Of a stretch of 64,000 bases of DNA, positions 19,137-26,771 are shown one piece after another. The translations under genes were made by a program, and so were the position numbers. Within the stretch, counting starts at the first letter, position 1. Each line of letters starts with the position of its first letter. This stretch comes from Candidatus Kuenenia stuttgartensis (GTDB taxonomy: Bacteria; Planctomycetota; JAKEIC01; DYIT01): contig DYIT01000001.1 of the NCBI GenBank assembly GCA_020723505.1, positions 8,530 through 72,529 of the forward strand, written 5' to 3'. Under the pieces are notes generated by a model. It saw only the letters and a list, made by a program, of their open reading frames with translations. It had not been told where the DNA came from and ran no database searches.

Positions 19137-19171
19137 CAAGCTTTCACCGGAACCTTCCGGCGGGACGCCTC

Positions 19172-21208
19172 CTAGAACACCCTCACCACGAAGTCAATCG
19201 AAGGATAGGACAGCGAAGCCAGCCAGTTGAAGTCCTGCGACACCTGCCTCAGGACCGGGATCTCCTCGGCCGAGTCTCCGATGTATCCGAGCGACACGAT
19301 GTACATCGCCTGGATTTCCTTGTTGGACTCCTTGTTGAAGTTGTCGATGAGAGTCTTTATCTGAGTCTCATCGCGGAAGTACCCGATTGCCTGGATTGCT
19401 GCTTCCTTCACCACGCGGCTTCCGTCGCTGAGGTTCTTGGTCAGCAGTTCCATGCAGGACTTGTCGCCGAGCCTCGCGAGGCCGATTGCGGCCGACCACC
19501 TGAGGTAGGGCACGTTGACCTTCTCGAGCACTGCCTTGAGGTAGTTGCTCGCGGCAAGGTCGCCAATCAGGCCGAGCGAGATGCAGCAGAACCTGCGCAC
19601 GTCGCCGCCGCCCTTCGGGTCCTCGATTTCCTTGCCCAGAATCGGGAGGGAATCCTTGTCCTTGAGGAGTCCGAGACCCACGGCAGCTGCCGCGCGGACG
19701 TCGGCATGCTCGCCGCTCTCGAAGATTTCCCTGAGAATCTTCGCGCCTTCGGCGTCCTCTGAGAGGCCGACGGCAAGGGCGGCGTAGCTCTTCACGATTA
19801 CGTTCTTCTCGGTCTTGAGAATCCTGCGCAGGAACTCGCGGACCGCGGTCTTCCTGCTCTCGTCCTTCTTAATCTGGGCGAGAGAAAGGAGCGCGAACGA
19901 CCTCACACCCTTGTCCTTGTCGTCGATGACGACCTGCTCGAGGACGTTGATCGTCTTGTCGTCGCCGAACCTGCCGAGAATCATGGCGAGGGACTGGCGC
20001 ACGTAGACCTTGGTCTGCTTGTCCGAGAGGTACTTCTCGAAATACCTGACCAGGTTGATGGTGCTCTTCGCCCTGGGATTCGGCTTGAACTCGGTAACGC
20101 CGAGCTTGCCCAGAGAGGTGACGGCCAGGGCGCGGATGCGCTCCTCTTCCTGGCTCACGAAGATGTTGAGCAGTGTGCTGACGGCCCTTTCGTCGCCGAT
20201 GAGGCCGAGAGCCGTGACCGCCGCGGCCTTAATCTCGTCCTTGCGCTCGTTCTGGGCGAGCTGGTTCAGCAGGGAGAGGTTGGCCGAGTCCTTCATGAGG
20301 CCGAGCGCGATTGCGCAGTAGGACCTCAGGCTGTGGTCGACGGTCTTGTCGCCGAGCATCTTGCTCAGGAGGAACGAGGATTTCGTCGACTTGAGCATGC
20401 CCAGGGCCAGAACGGCGGATTCCTGGACGTTCTTGTCCTTGTCGTTGATTGCCGCCTCGATCTTCTCGCGGATGTCCTCGTTCTTGAGGCCAATCTTGCC
20501 GAGCGCGAGGCAGGAAGCAGCCCTGACGTCCCAGTAGTCGTGCTTGAGCTGGCTGGTGAGGAACGTCACGAGATCTTTCATCTCGGGGCTCATGTCCTCC
20601 ATTGCGAGCTCGGAGCCTGACTTGGTAATCGCCTTCTTCTCGACCCTGATGAAGCGGTACTCGTTGCGAATCCACCATTCCTGCCACTTCATCATGGATT
20701 CTTCGATTTGCTGATTGTCAGGTCCGCCCGTGGGAACGCCTGCTCCCGGATTGGACTGCGGTCCGCCCGTAGGAGTCACCTGGGGGCCCGGAGTCGGGCT
20801 GGGTCCAGGAGTCGGGCCGGGGGTCGGATTCGGATTGGGAGTAGGATTGGGCGACGGGGTCGGAGTCGGGGTCGGGGTCGGAGTCGGGGTCGGAGTCGGA
20901 GTCGGGGTCGGCGTCGGAGTCGGGGTCGGAGTCGGCGTCGGAGTAGGCGTCGGCGTCGGCGACGGAGTGGGCGTCGGCTGCGGCGTCGGCGAAGGAGGAG
21001 GCGTCGGCGTCGGAGCGGGCGACGGACCCGGGGTAGGTGTGGGTCCGGGCGTCGGCGTCGGCGTCGGAACGGGAACCGGGACAGGTGTGGGAGTCGGAGG
21101 AGGCGGAGCCGGAGGCGGGTGTGTGCCGCCATGCGCAAAGGCGGTGCTCATCATCCAGAAGAACAGGATGAGCGTCGCCAGTCCGAACACTACAACTACC
21201 TTTCTCAT
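19172..21208 (-). CDS. Secreted protein: signal peptide, long Pro/Thr repeat linker, about 13 HEAT (PBS-lyase-type) repeats
   Basis: [25 protein letters not shown] signal peptide, about 135 aa of (T/S/G/N/V)P repeats, then repeated units such as [28 protein letters not shown] lies 7 nt upstream of ATG 21208; the TTG at 21223 is unlikely to be used. Confidence 0.8.
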   Translation of the reverse strand: MRKVVVVFGLATLILFFWMMSTAFAHGGTHPPPAPPPPTPTPVPVPVPTPTPTPGPTPTPGPSPAPTPTPPPSPTPQPTPTPSPTPTPTPTPTPTPTPTPTPTPTPTPTPTPTPTPTPSPNPTPNPNPTPGPTPGPSPTPGPQVTPTGGPQSNPGAGVPTGGPDNQQIEESMMKWQEWWIRNEYRFIRVEKKAITKSGSELAMEDMSPEMKDLVTFLTSQLKHDYWDVRAASCLALGKIGLKNEDIREKIEAAINDKDKNVQESAVLALGMLKSTKSSFLLSKMLGDKTVDHSLRSYCAIALGLMKDSANLSLLNQLAQNERKDEIKAAAVTALGLIGDERAVSTLLNIFVSQEEERIRALAVTSLGKLGVTEFKPNPRAKSTINLVRYFEKYLSDKQTKVYVRQSLAMILGRFGDDKTINVLEQVVIDDKDKGVRSFALLSLAQIKKDESRKTAVREFLRRILKTEKNVIVKSYAALAVGLSEDAEGAKILREIFESGEHADVRAAAAVGLGLLKDKDSLPILGKEIEDPKGGGDVRRFCCISLGLIGDLAASNYLKAVLEKVNVPYLRWSAAIGLARLGDKSCMELLTKNLSDGSRVVKEAAIQAIGYFRDETQIKTLIDNFNKESNKEIQAMYIVSLGYIGDSAEEIPVLRQVSQDFNWLASLSYPSIDFVVRVF
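20713..21118 (-). repeat. In-frame GTCGGN hexanucleotide tandem repeat tract encoding the (Thr-Pro)n linker
   Basis: The plus strand reads ggtcggagtcggggtcggggtcggagtcgg... for several hundred nt. It translates on the minus strand to [22 protein letters not shown].... Confidence 0.85.
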
Positions 21209-21255
21209 TTCACATCCTTTCAAGAGTGACGTGAGTTAAATGCCGATTAGTTTGA

Positions 21256-21271
21256 AGCAAACCACGTACCA
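21256..21271 (-). promoter_or_regulatory. Sigma-54 (-24/-12) promoter upstream of the HEAT-repeat gene
   Basis: The minus strand reads TGGTACG-TGGT-TTGCT, against the consensus TGGCACG-N4-TTGCW. There is one mismatch and the GG/GC spacing is exact. It lies about 48-63 nt upstream of ATG 21208. Confidence 0.6.
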
Positions 21272-21527
21272 TTGACGAAATTGGAGAGAGGCTGGAATTA
21301 CCGGGAAAGAATTCGAACCTATAATGCTGCAGGACTCCTATATGCTGTATTTCATGGAAAAAAAATACTATATATGGTGTTTCATTCATTTGCTCGTCGT
21401 ATGCCTCGATCTACCAATGCTTCTTTTATATAAGGATATATATATATTAGGCGTAACCGGAAAGTGACATTGTTACAGCCGTGTAACGTCAATTTGCTGA
21501 GTTCTTCATCAGGATTTTCCTTACCTG

Positions 21528-22301
21528 CTACTTTCCTTCCCTCAGCCGGTCCCCGCATCTGGTGTCGATGCATCCGTTCGCTTTGATTTTCGCGGCCGTG
21601 GTTTCATAGTCATACGCGACCCTGCGCCATTCGATTTCGCCGGCATCCAGGTCCCAGATAACATAGCAGGCCCTTGAATCCAGATCCCTCGGCTGTCCTA
21701 CGGACCCGATGTTGACGATTGCCTTCCTGCCAGGATCGAGCTTCGCCTTGTACCCGGTTTCCGCCGGGGACTTGCACTCTAAGTCCTGGTAGATGATGCA
21801 GGGATGATGAGTATGGCCGCAGAACATGAGCTCTCCGAAATTATCGAAAATCAGGGAGAGCTTCTCCTCGTTCCACATGGGCGTCAGGTTCTTGCAGAAC
21901 ACGTAGTCGGCGAGCGGGTCGAGCGGCGATCCATGGACGTAGAGCACGCCGCCCTCGGTCCTGTCGTTGGGAAGCCTGTCGATGAACGCCCACCTGCTTT
22001 TCTTCTTCATGCACATAATCAGGCATTTCGGAAGCATTGTTTCCCGCTGGCAGTGAATCGCCTCGGCGGCTATGTAGTTGAACCCGTATGGGCCGTTTAT
22101 GAGGGCGTAGTCGTGGTTTCCCTTGGTGTGGGCGGCGCAGCGGTCCATAATCAGGTCAGTGCAGGCCTCTGGGTCGGGGCCGTACCCCACGAGGTCGCCC
22201 AGGAAATAGACGTCATCCGCGCCGGCCTGCCTGATGTCCTTGAACACGGCCTCGAGCGCCTCGAGGTTCGAATGCACGTCCGATATGAGAGCCCTTTTCA
22301 T
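21528..22301 (-). CDS. Metallophosphoesterase (calcineurin-like phosphoesterase family)
   Basis: Metallophosphoesterase motifs ISDVHSN, YFLGDLVGYGPDP, GNHD and CGHTHHP. GGAGAA RBS, with the ATG overlapping the upstream stop (ATGA). Confidence 0.85.
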   Translation of the reverse strand: MKRALISDVHSNLEALEAVFKDIRQAGADDVYFLGDLVGYGPDPEACTDLIMDRCAAHTKGNHDYALINGPYGFNYIAAEAIHCQRETMLPKCLIMCMKKKSRWAFIDRLPNDRTEGGVLYVHGSPLDPLADYVFCKNLTPMWNEEKLSLIFDNFGELMFCGHTHHPCIIYQDLECKSPAETGYKAKLDPGRKAIVNIGSVGQPRDLDSRACYVIWDLDAGEIEWRRVAYDYETTAAKIKANGCIDTRCGDRLREGK

Positions 22302-22453
22302 CAGTTCTCCTTCATTACGTTAGTATCATATTCGGTCTCGAGACCGAGCTTGTGCTTCTTTTCCTCCTCCACGAGCACGGCAAGCAGGTCCTTTATAATC
22401 TTGTCCGCCGAGCGGTTTTTCAGGATGATACTAGATTGACGGACAGGGCGCAC
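22301..22453 (-). CDS. Small ORF (50 aa) with a single ferritin/rubrerythrin-like ExxH helix; possible gene remnant
   Basis: The C-terminal LLAVLVEEEKKHKLGLETEYD resembles one half of a di-iron four-helix motif. Its stop is translationally coupled to the phosphoesterase ATG. The only plausible start is GTG 22453. The longer ORF to 22864 overlaps the opposite-strand membrane protein gene. Confidence 0.3.
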   Translation of the reverse strand: MRPVRQSSIILKNRSADKIIKDLLAVLVEEEKKHKLGLETEYDTNVMKEN

Positions 22454-22595
22454 ATTTTTTCCCGCGCGTTCCGAGGACCGACAGCAGCTCGATACGTCGG
22501 CCGATTCGGGCGCTTCCCGGAAAATCGGGGGGATTTCCGGCGCACGCCGTGCTAGGATATCCGGCGCACTGGGCAGCAATTCTGGAGCCCGAAAC

Positions 22596-23303
22596 ATGGA
22601 TATTCCGCAGCAGAATCCAGGAACGCCTTCTCCTTCCGGACCGGAACCGCCGCCGGGAACGCCCAGGCGGTATTTCGAGCCGCCTGCCCCCGACCCGCCC
22701 GATCCCGGAGGCGGCTTCCAGGGGTTTCCCGGCAAGCCTTCGGGCGGACTCCTGGCTCTCGGAATAGTCACAATCATCTTCGCGGCGCTGTTGCTGCTCA
22801 TGAACTGCTGCGGGGCGGGGGGATTCCTTTCGATGATGCTTCTAAAGAACTCGCCGGCCTTCAATCAGCCTGGCACGGCCGAGGCTATGCAGATCTACAA
22901 TGATCCGGCGTTCGCCGCGTTCGCGGGCGCGACTGTTTTCCTCAACCTCGTCATATACTCGTTCGCACTCGCCGGCGGCATCGGGCTGCTCAAACTCAGG
23001 CAATGGGCACGCAAAATCTGCATGTGGTATGCCGTCGCGACCATCGTAATCGTGGCAGTCTCCAGCGCCGTCAACCTGATTGTCTTCAACCCGAGGATGC
23101 AGGCCGCCTTCGCCTCCAACCCGCTCGCCTCCTTCATGCAGGGGAATCCGGCCATGCAGGCGCTGGGCATCGCGTTCAATTTCGCCTGCTACGATACGCT
23201 TCCCGTGGTGCTTCTCATCGTACTCACGAGGGCCTCGGGAAAGGCGCAGTTCGAGGCCGCCGAAAAAATGCGCCTGAACTACTGGCATGACCGGCAGCCC
23301 TGA
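22596..23303 (+). CDS. Membrane protein with Pro-rich N-terminus (unknown function)
   Basis: 235-aa ORF with a PGTPSPSGPEPPPGTP leader followed by about four hydrophobic helices. No recognisable catalytic motif. Confidence 0.65.
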   Translation: MDIPQQNPGTPSPSGPEPPPGTPRRYFEPPAPDPPDPGGGFQGFPGKPSGGLLALGIVTIIFAALLLLMNCCGAGGFLSMMLLKNSPAFNQPGTAEAMQIYNDPAFAAFAGATVFLNLVIYSFALAGGIGLLKLRQWARKICMWYAVATIVIVAVSSAVNLIVFNPRMQAAFASNPLASFMQGNPAMQALGIAFNFACYDTLPVVLLIVLTRASGKAQFEAAEKMRLNYWHDRQP

Positions 23304-23784
23304 CGAATCGAACGGGCCCCCGCCGTCTTGTGGAAAAGAGCCCCGCAACGGCACTTCCGCCCGCAAAGGCATCGGGAAATCCGAAGCTTCCGCCTGCGCC
23401 CTGTACATCCTATTCTTCGCGGGAGCGTTCGCAGCAAGCATCGCAATCCATCCTGATCCGTCGGGCCTGGGCAGCCACACCCAAATCGGCCTTCCGCCCT
23501 GCGGATTCCATGCCGCCACCGGAATCCCCTGCTTCTCCTGCGGGATGACCACGGCCTTCGCGCACATGGCCCGCGGCAGGATTGACCTGGGTTTCAAGGC
23601 GCAGCCCTTCGGAGCGCTTCTCTTCATCGCAGGCGCCGCATCGTGGTTAGCGTGCGCCTTCGCGCTTGCGTCCGGGTGGAGCTTCCTGGACTGGCTTTCT
23701 CGGCTGCGCTGGAAGTACTGGGGCCCCTTGATCGCGCTAGCCGCCGTCGCGGCGTGGATTTACAAAATCATAGTTGTCATTTAA
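23287..23784 (+). CDS. DUF2752-family membrane protein
   Basis: GLPPCGFHAATGIPCFSCGMTTAF matches the CPxCGxTR-type motif of DUF2752, followed by TM helices. Overlaps the upstream gene by 17 nt. Confidence 0.65.
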   Translation: MTGSPDESNGPPPSCGKEPRNGTSARKGIGKSEASACALYILFFAGAFAASIAIHPDPSGLGSHTQIGLPPCGFHAATGIPCFSCGMTTAFAHMARGRIDLGFKAQPFGALLFIAGAASWLACAFALASGWSFLDWLSRLRWKYWGPLIALAAVAAWIYKIIVVI

Positions 23785-24012
23785 CCGGAATGCTCTTGCA
23801 GGAATTTTCATGATTTTCGGCAAGGCACGCGCGGAGCGCGTGGTATAACCCGGACGAGCCTTCATCCCTGTTTGCATCCGCTCGTCCGGGTTATGCTGAG
23901 TCCGTTCCAGGGCGGCGAATCCATAAATACCGAAAATCATTTTTTCTTTTGACTCCCCGGCAGGATCGATGTATAAAGTCCCGGTACTCGAATCTGGATT
24001 GGCTGGCTTCTG

Positions 24013-24402
24013 ATGGCTTTCAGATCCGGCATCACGGCGATGAGGCTTCGAAGCCGGCTGCCCCGGGTGGCTGGAAAGCGCGGGACCGCGGCGCTGGTGC
24101 TGGGAATCATCGGGCTCGTGGGTATGGTGCCCGGTTGCTGCAGCGCTTCGGTTCTTCCGTTCGCGATTTGCTCGGTCCTGGCCTGGTCGCTGGGCCAGTC
24201 GGAACTGAGGATGTACCAGGCGCTCGGGGCCGTAGGGGCCGAGGAAAGCCAGGCAAGGGCAGGCTACGTTCTGGGGATAATCGGCACGTCCCTGGCTTGC
24301 CTGGGAATGATGTTCTGGATAATGTACATTCTCTTCGTCATCGCGGCGATAATGGCCGCCGCGATTGGAGAGAACAGGATTCTGCTAATCACGGAGTTCT
24401 AA
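24013..24402 (+). CDS. Small membrane protein (DUF4190-like)
   Basis: 129 aa with two hydrophobic hairpins (AALVLGIIGLVG..., YVLGIIGTSLACLG...). Codon usage is consistent with coding. Confidence 0.55.
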   Translation: MAFRSGITAMRLRSRLPRVAGKRGTAALVLGIIGLVGMVPGCCSASVLPFAICSVLAWSLGQSELRMYQALGAVGAEESQARAGYVLGIIGTSLACLGMMFWIMYILFVIAAIMAAAIGENRILLITEF

Positions 24403-24431
24403 CTTTCTTTTTTTATATAAGGGAGGGATAG

Positions 24432-24959
24432 ATGAAAGGCGGAGTTGACTACGCAAAGGCAGGATGGGAAGCGATGAAGAAGGACCTCGTGAACAACGTC
24501 ATCGTTTTCCTCGTGGCGTCTATTACATGCATGCTTTTCGGCGTGGGGATCGTGAGCATGTTCTACTGCGCCAACAAGTGCAGGAAGGGCGAAAAGCTGG
24601 CAATCGCGGACGCGCTGTGGGCTCTCAAGAACAATCCGGTGCAGAGCATCATCGCGGCAATCATTTTCGTGATTCCCTTCTACATCTGCCTGCTGCCCGG
24701 GCTCTACCTCGGACCGCAGATGATTTACGCCTTCCCGATGCTCGCAAGGGAGGAGGAGAAGGACGCGATTGCGGCGATTAAAGCCTCGATGGCCAGGGCA
24801 AAAGCCGCAGGCGGATTCATGGATCACCTGATCCGCTTCTTCATCCTCGGCCTCGTTGGATACGTCGGAAACCTGCTCTGCGGAATCGGCGGCCTCGTCA
24901 CCAACCCGGTAGCCCTGATGGGTTTCGACGCTGCCTACGACGATCTCCCGAAGGCCTAG
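24432..24959 (+). CDS. Membrane protein (unknown function)
   Basis: 175-aa ORF with GGGAGGGA upstream of the ATG, four predicted TM helices and a strong terminator downstream. Confidence 0.65.
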   Translation: MKGGVDYAKAGWEAMKKDLVNNVIVFLVASITCMLFGVGIVSMFYCANKCRKGEKLAIADALWALKNNPVQSIIAAIIFVIPFYICLLPGLYLGPQMIYAFPMLAREEEKDAIAAIKASMARAKAAGGFMDHLIRFFILGLVGYVGNLLCGIGGLVTNPVALMGFDAAYDDLPKA

Positions 24960-24987
24960 GAACCTGGATTAGTACGGTCGATGAAAA

Positions 24988-25015
24988 GGAGCGCTCGCTC
25001 GAGCGCTCCTTTTTT
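24988..25015 (+). terminator. Rho-independent terminator
   Basis: GGAGCGCTC-GCTC-GAGCGCTCC hairpin followed directly by TTTTTT, 29 nt after the stop at 24959. Confidence 0.8.
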
Positions 25016-25038
25016 CATTTCATTCGGACGGCGGTCGG

Positions 25039-25557
25039 ATGAAGAAGCAGAGAATCGAGGTCATCGAGGGCGACATAACCAGGATTAATGCCGACGCGAT
25101 TGTAAATGCCGCGAATCCGAGCCTTCTGGGCGGCGGCGGAGTCGACGGAGCCATCCACCGGGCGGCAGGGCCGGAACTGCTCGAGGAATGCCGCCTTCTC
25201 GGAGGCTGCGAAACCGGCGGCGCGAAGATCACCCGGGGATACGGCCTGCCTGCCGCTTTCGTCATCCACACAGTTGGTCCGGTCTGGAGAGGCGGCGCGC
25301 ACGGGGAGGATGAACTGCTCAGAAGATGCTATCTCAATTCCCTGGGTATCGCAGCGGACAGGAGGCTCAAATCCATCGCCTTCCCTGCGATTAGCGCCGG
25401 CGCCTACGGCTTTCCGCTCGAACGGGCGGTCGGAATCGCAGTCCGTACGACCAGGGAATTCCTCGACGAGAACAAGTTCCCGGCAAAGGTGATTTTCGCG
25501 CCATTCAGTCCGGAAGCCAAGTCGCTGTACGAGAAGGCGTTGCTGAGCGAGGAATGA
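25039..25557 (+). CDS. Macro domain protein (ADP-ribose / O-acetyl-ADP-ribose hydrolase, YmdB-like)
   Basis: The motifs [30 protein letters not shown] and [14 protein letters not shown] are the canonical macro-domain ligand-binding motifs. Confidence 0.9.
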   Translation: MKKQRIEVIEGDITRINADAIVNAANPSLLGGGGVDGAIHRAAGPELLEECRLLGGCETGGAKITRGYGLPAAFVIHTVGPVWRGGAHGEDELLRRCYLNSLGIAADRRLKSIAFPAISAGAYGFPLERAVGIAVRTTREFLDENKFPAKVIFAPFSPEAKSLYEKALLSEE

Positions 25558-25628
25558 AGAGGGAAGCCGGGTTCAATCGGTCAAACCGAACACATGTGCG
25601 CCGCACCGGCTTGCTGACAGCGGAATTC

Positions 25629-25826
25629 TCATTCCCGGCCGTATGGCGAATCGGGCCCCATGTCAGGATGATTGATGGAATCCAGGCCGTGCTTGTTGGT
25701 CAACCGCTTCCTCATCAGACGCACCCCGTCCTGGCCCTTGAACGAATCACAATACAGGATGCGTTCCGATCTCAGGGAACATTCCTTGATGCAAGTGACA
25801 CAGATGTTGTTGCTCTTTTTGTTCAT
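25629..25826 (-). CDS. Small Cys-rich hypothetical protein in an AT-rich islet
   Basis: 65-aa ORF MNKKSNNICVTCIKECSLRSERILYCDSFKG... with weak RBS. Lies in low-G+C DNA. Speculative. Confidence 0.3.
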   Translation of the reverse strand: MNKKSNNICVTCIKECSLRSERILYCDSFKGQDGVRLMRKRLTNKHGLDSINHPDMGPDSPYGRE

Positions 25827-25858
25827 CCACAGATGCTCAAACCAAGGTGTAAAGAACG

Positions 25859-26017
25859 TTAATATCCCATTTTGCCGTAAATTTCATCCTTGGTATAATA
25901 ACGCTTGCCGTTCTTGAAGTCAATGAACCAGTACACATCCTCTCCCTTGCTTCTTCCCATTTCCACGAATATCAGATCAAACCTCCGGCAGAAGGAATTC
26001 AGAAATGCGACGCTCAT
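25859..26017 (-). CDS. Small hypothetical protein (52 aa) in an AT-rich islet
   Basis: Not in the supplied track because it is under 60 aa. ATG 26017 is preceded by GGAGGA at 5 nt. Translated by hand to MSVAFLNSFCRRFDLIFVEMGRSKGEDVYWFIDFKNGKRYYTKDEIYGKMGY with stop TAA at 25859-25861. Confidence 0.4.
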   Translation of the reverse strand: MSVAFLNSFCRRFDLIFVEMGRSKGEDVYWFIDFKNGKRYYTKDEIYGKMGY

Positions 26018-26260
26018 CTGAGTCCTCCATATTTAGAGATATGAATCTTAGAAAAATACCATTAGTTGTATGACCCGAATAAGCCGGTTTTTTACTCCGA
26101 TCGCACGCTCCTGTCCAGAGAAAAATGTGATTTCACCGTATTTTTTTCACTTCTTTTTTTTTGGATTTCTTCCGCCGGGAAAAAGTCGTTAAGATTGAAT
26201 CGCCGGGAGAATTCCACCCCCTGCCCGGCGAATCCAAATCAATTTGCTGGGGTTTCGACC

Positions 26261-26755
26261 ATGGGTTCGCATCGCATCTCTCCAGCGGTCCCGGCAACCG
26301 CCGGCCGCCGTGCCAGGGTAATCCCTTTCGCCCTTGCGGTCGTCTGGAACTGCTGCGCCCTTCCCTTCCTCCTCCTCGCATGCTCGACCGTCGAGGAACA
26401 GCTACCTGCCGGGCCTTTCGAAACAATCAAATCCTTCTCGCAGGTGGACGAGGACATAATACTTCCCCCAGGCGCTTCAATAAGCGATACCCCGACATCC
26501 TGGATGAAGAAGGCTGATGGAGCCAGGTCCTGCAAGATATTCGTGCGCGGCTCGTTTTCCGCCCAGGAAATGGCCGCCTTCTACGCTGTCCACATGAGAA
26601 TCGCCCTCTGGAGTCCCGACGGCAGCCCTGAGAAGACCGCCTCAGGCTGGATTCTCAGGTTCGGGAAGGACAACGAGAAATGCGTCGTGACCGTACCGGC
26701 TCAAGGGAACGAAGCAGGCATCGAAGTCATGCCTGCGGGGGCGAAGAAACAGTAG
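26261..26755 (+). CDS. Lipoprotein (unknown function)
   Basis: Start at MGSHR... with a hydrophobic signal ending in the lipobox-like LLLAC-S. The upstream part of ORF 26066.. is AT-rich and unlikely to be coding. Confidence 0.6.
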   Translation: MGSHRISPAVPATAGRRARVIPFALAVVWNCCALPFLLLACSTVEEQLPAGPFETIKSFSQVDEDIILPPGASISDTPTSWMKKADGARSCKIFVRGSFSAQEMAAFYAVHMRIALWSPDGSPEKTASGWILRFGKDNEKCVVTVPAQGNEAGIEVMPAGAKKQ

Positions 26756-26771
26756 CCCCACGGCGCGCGGC

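Noticed and set aside
20708-21239. Arg-rich and Gly/Val-rich ORFs (about 170 aa each) and a possible CRISPR-like periodic repeat
   Set aside because: They are alternative-frame readings of the (GTCGGN)n coding repeat. The period is 6 nt with no spacers, so it is not a CRISPR array.
21300-21330. tRNA-like TTCGAACC string
   Set aside because: No acceptor stem or cloverleaf can be drawn around it. It lies in an AT-rich promoter region.
22454-22864. Upstream part of the 187-aa minus ORF 22301-22864
   Set aside because: It overlaps the plus-strand membrane-protein gene and its promoter region, and its composition is Pro/Gly/Ser low-complexity. Only the last about 50 codons look gene-like.
23737-23940. 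67-aa minus-strand ORF in the intergenic inverted-repeat region
   Set aside because: It spans the nested hairpins and has no RBS and an atypical composition. It is more likely structured non-coding DNA.
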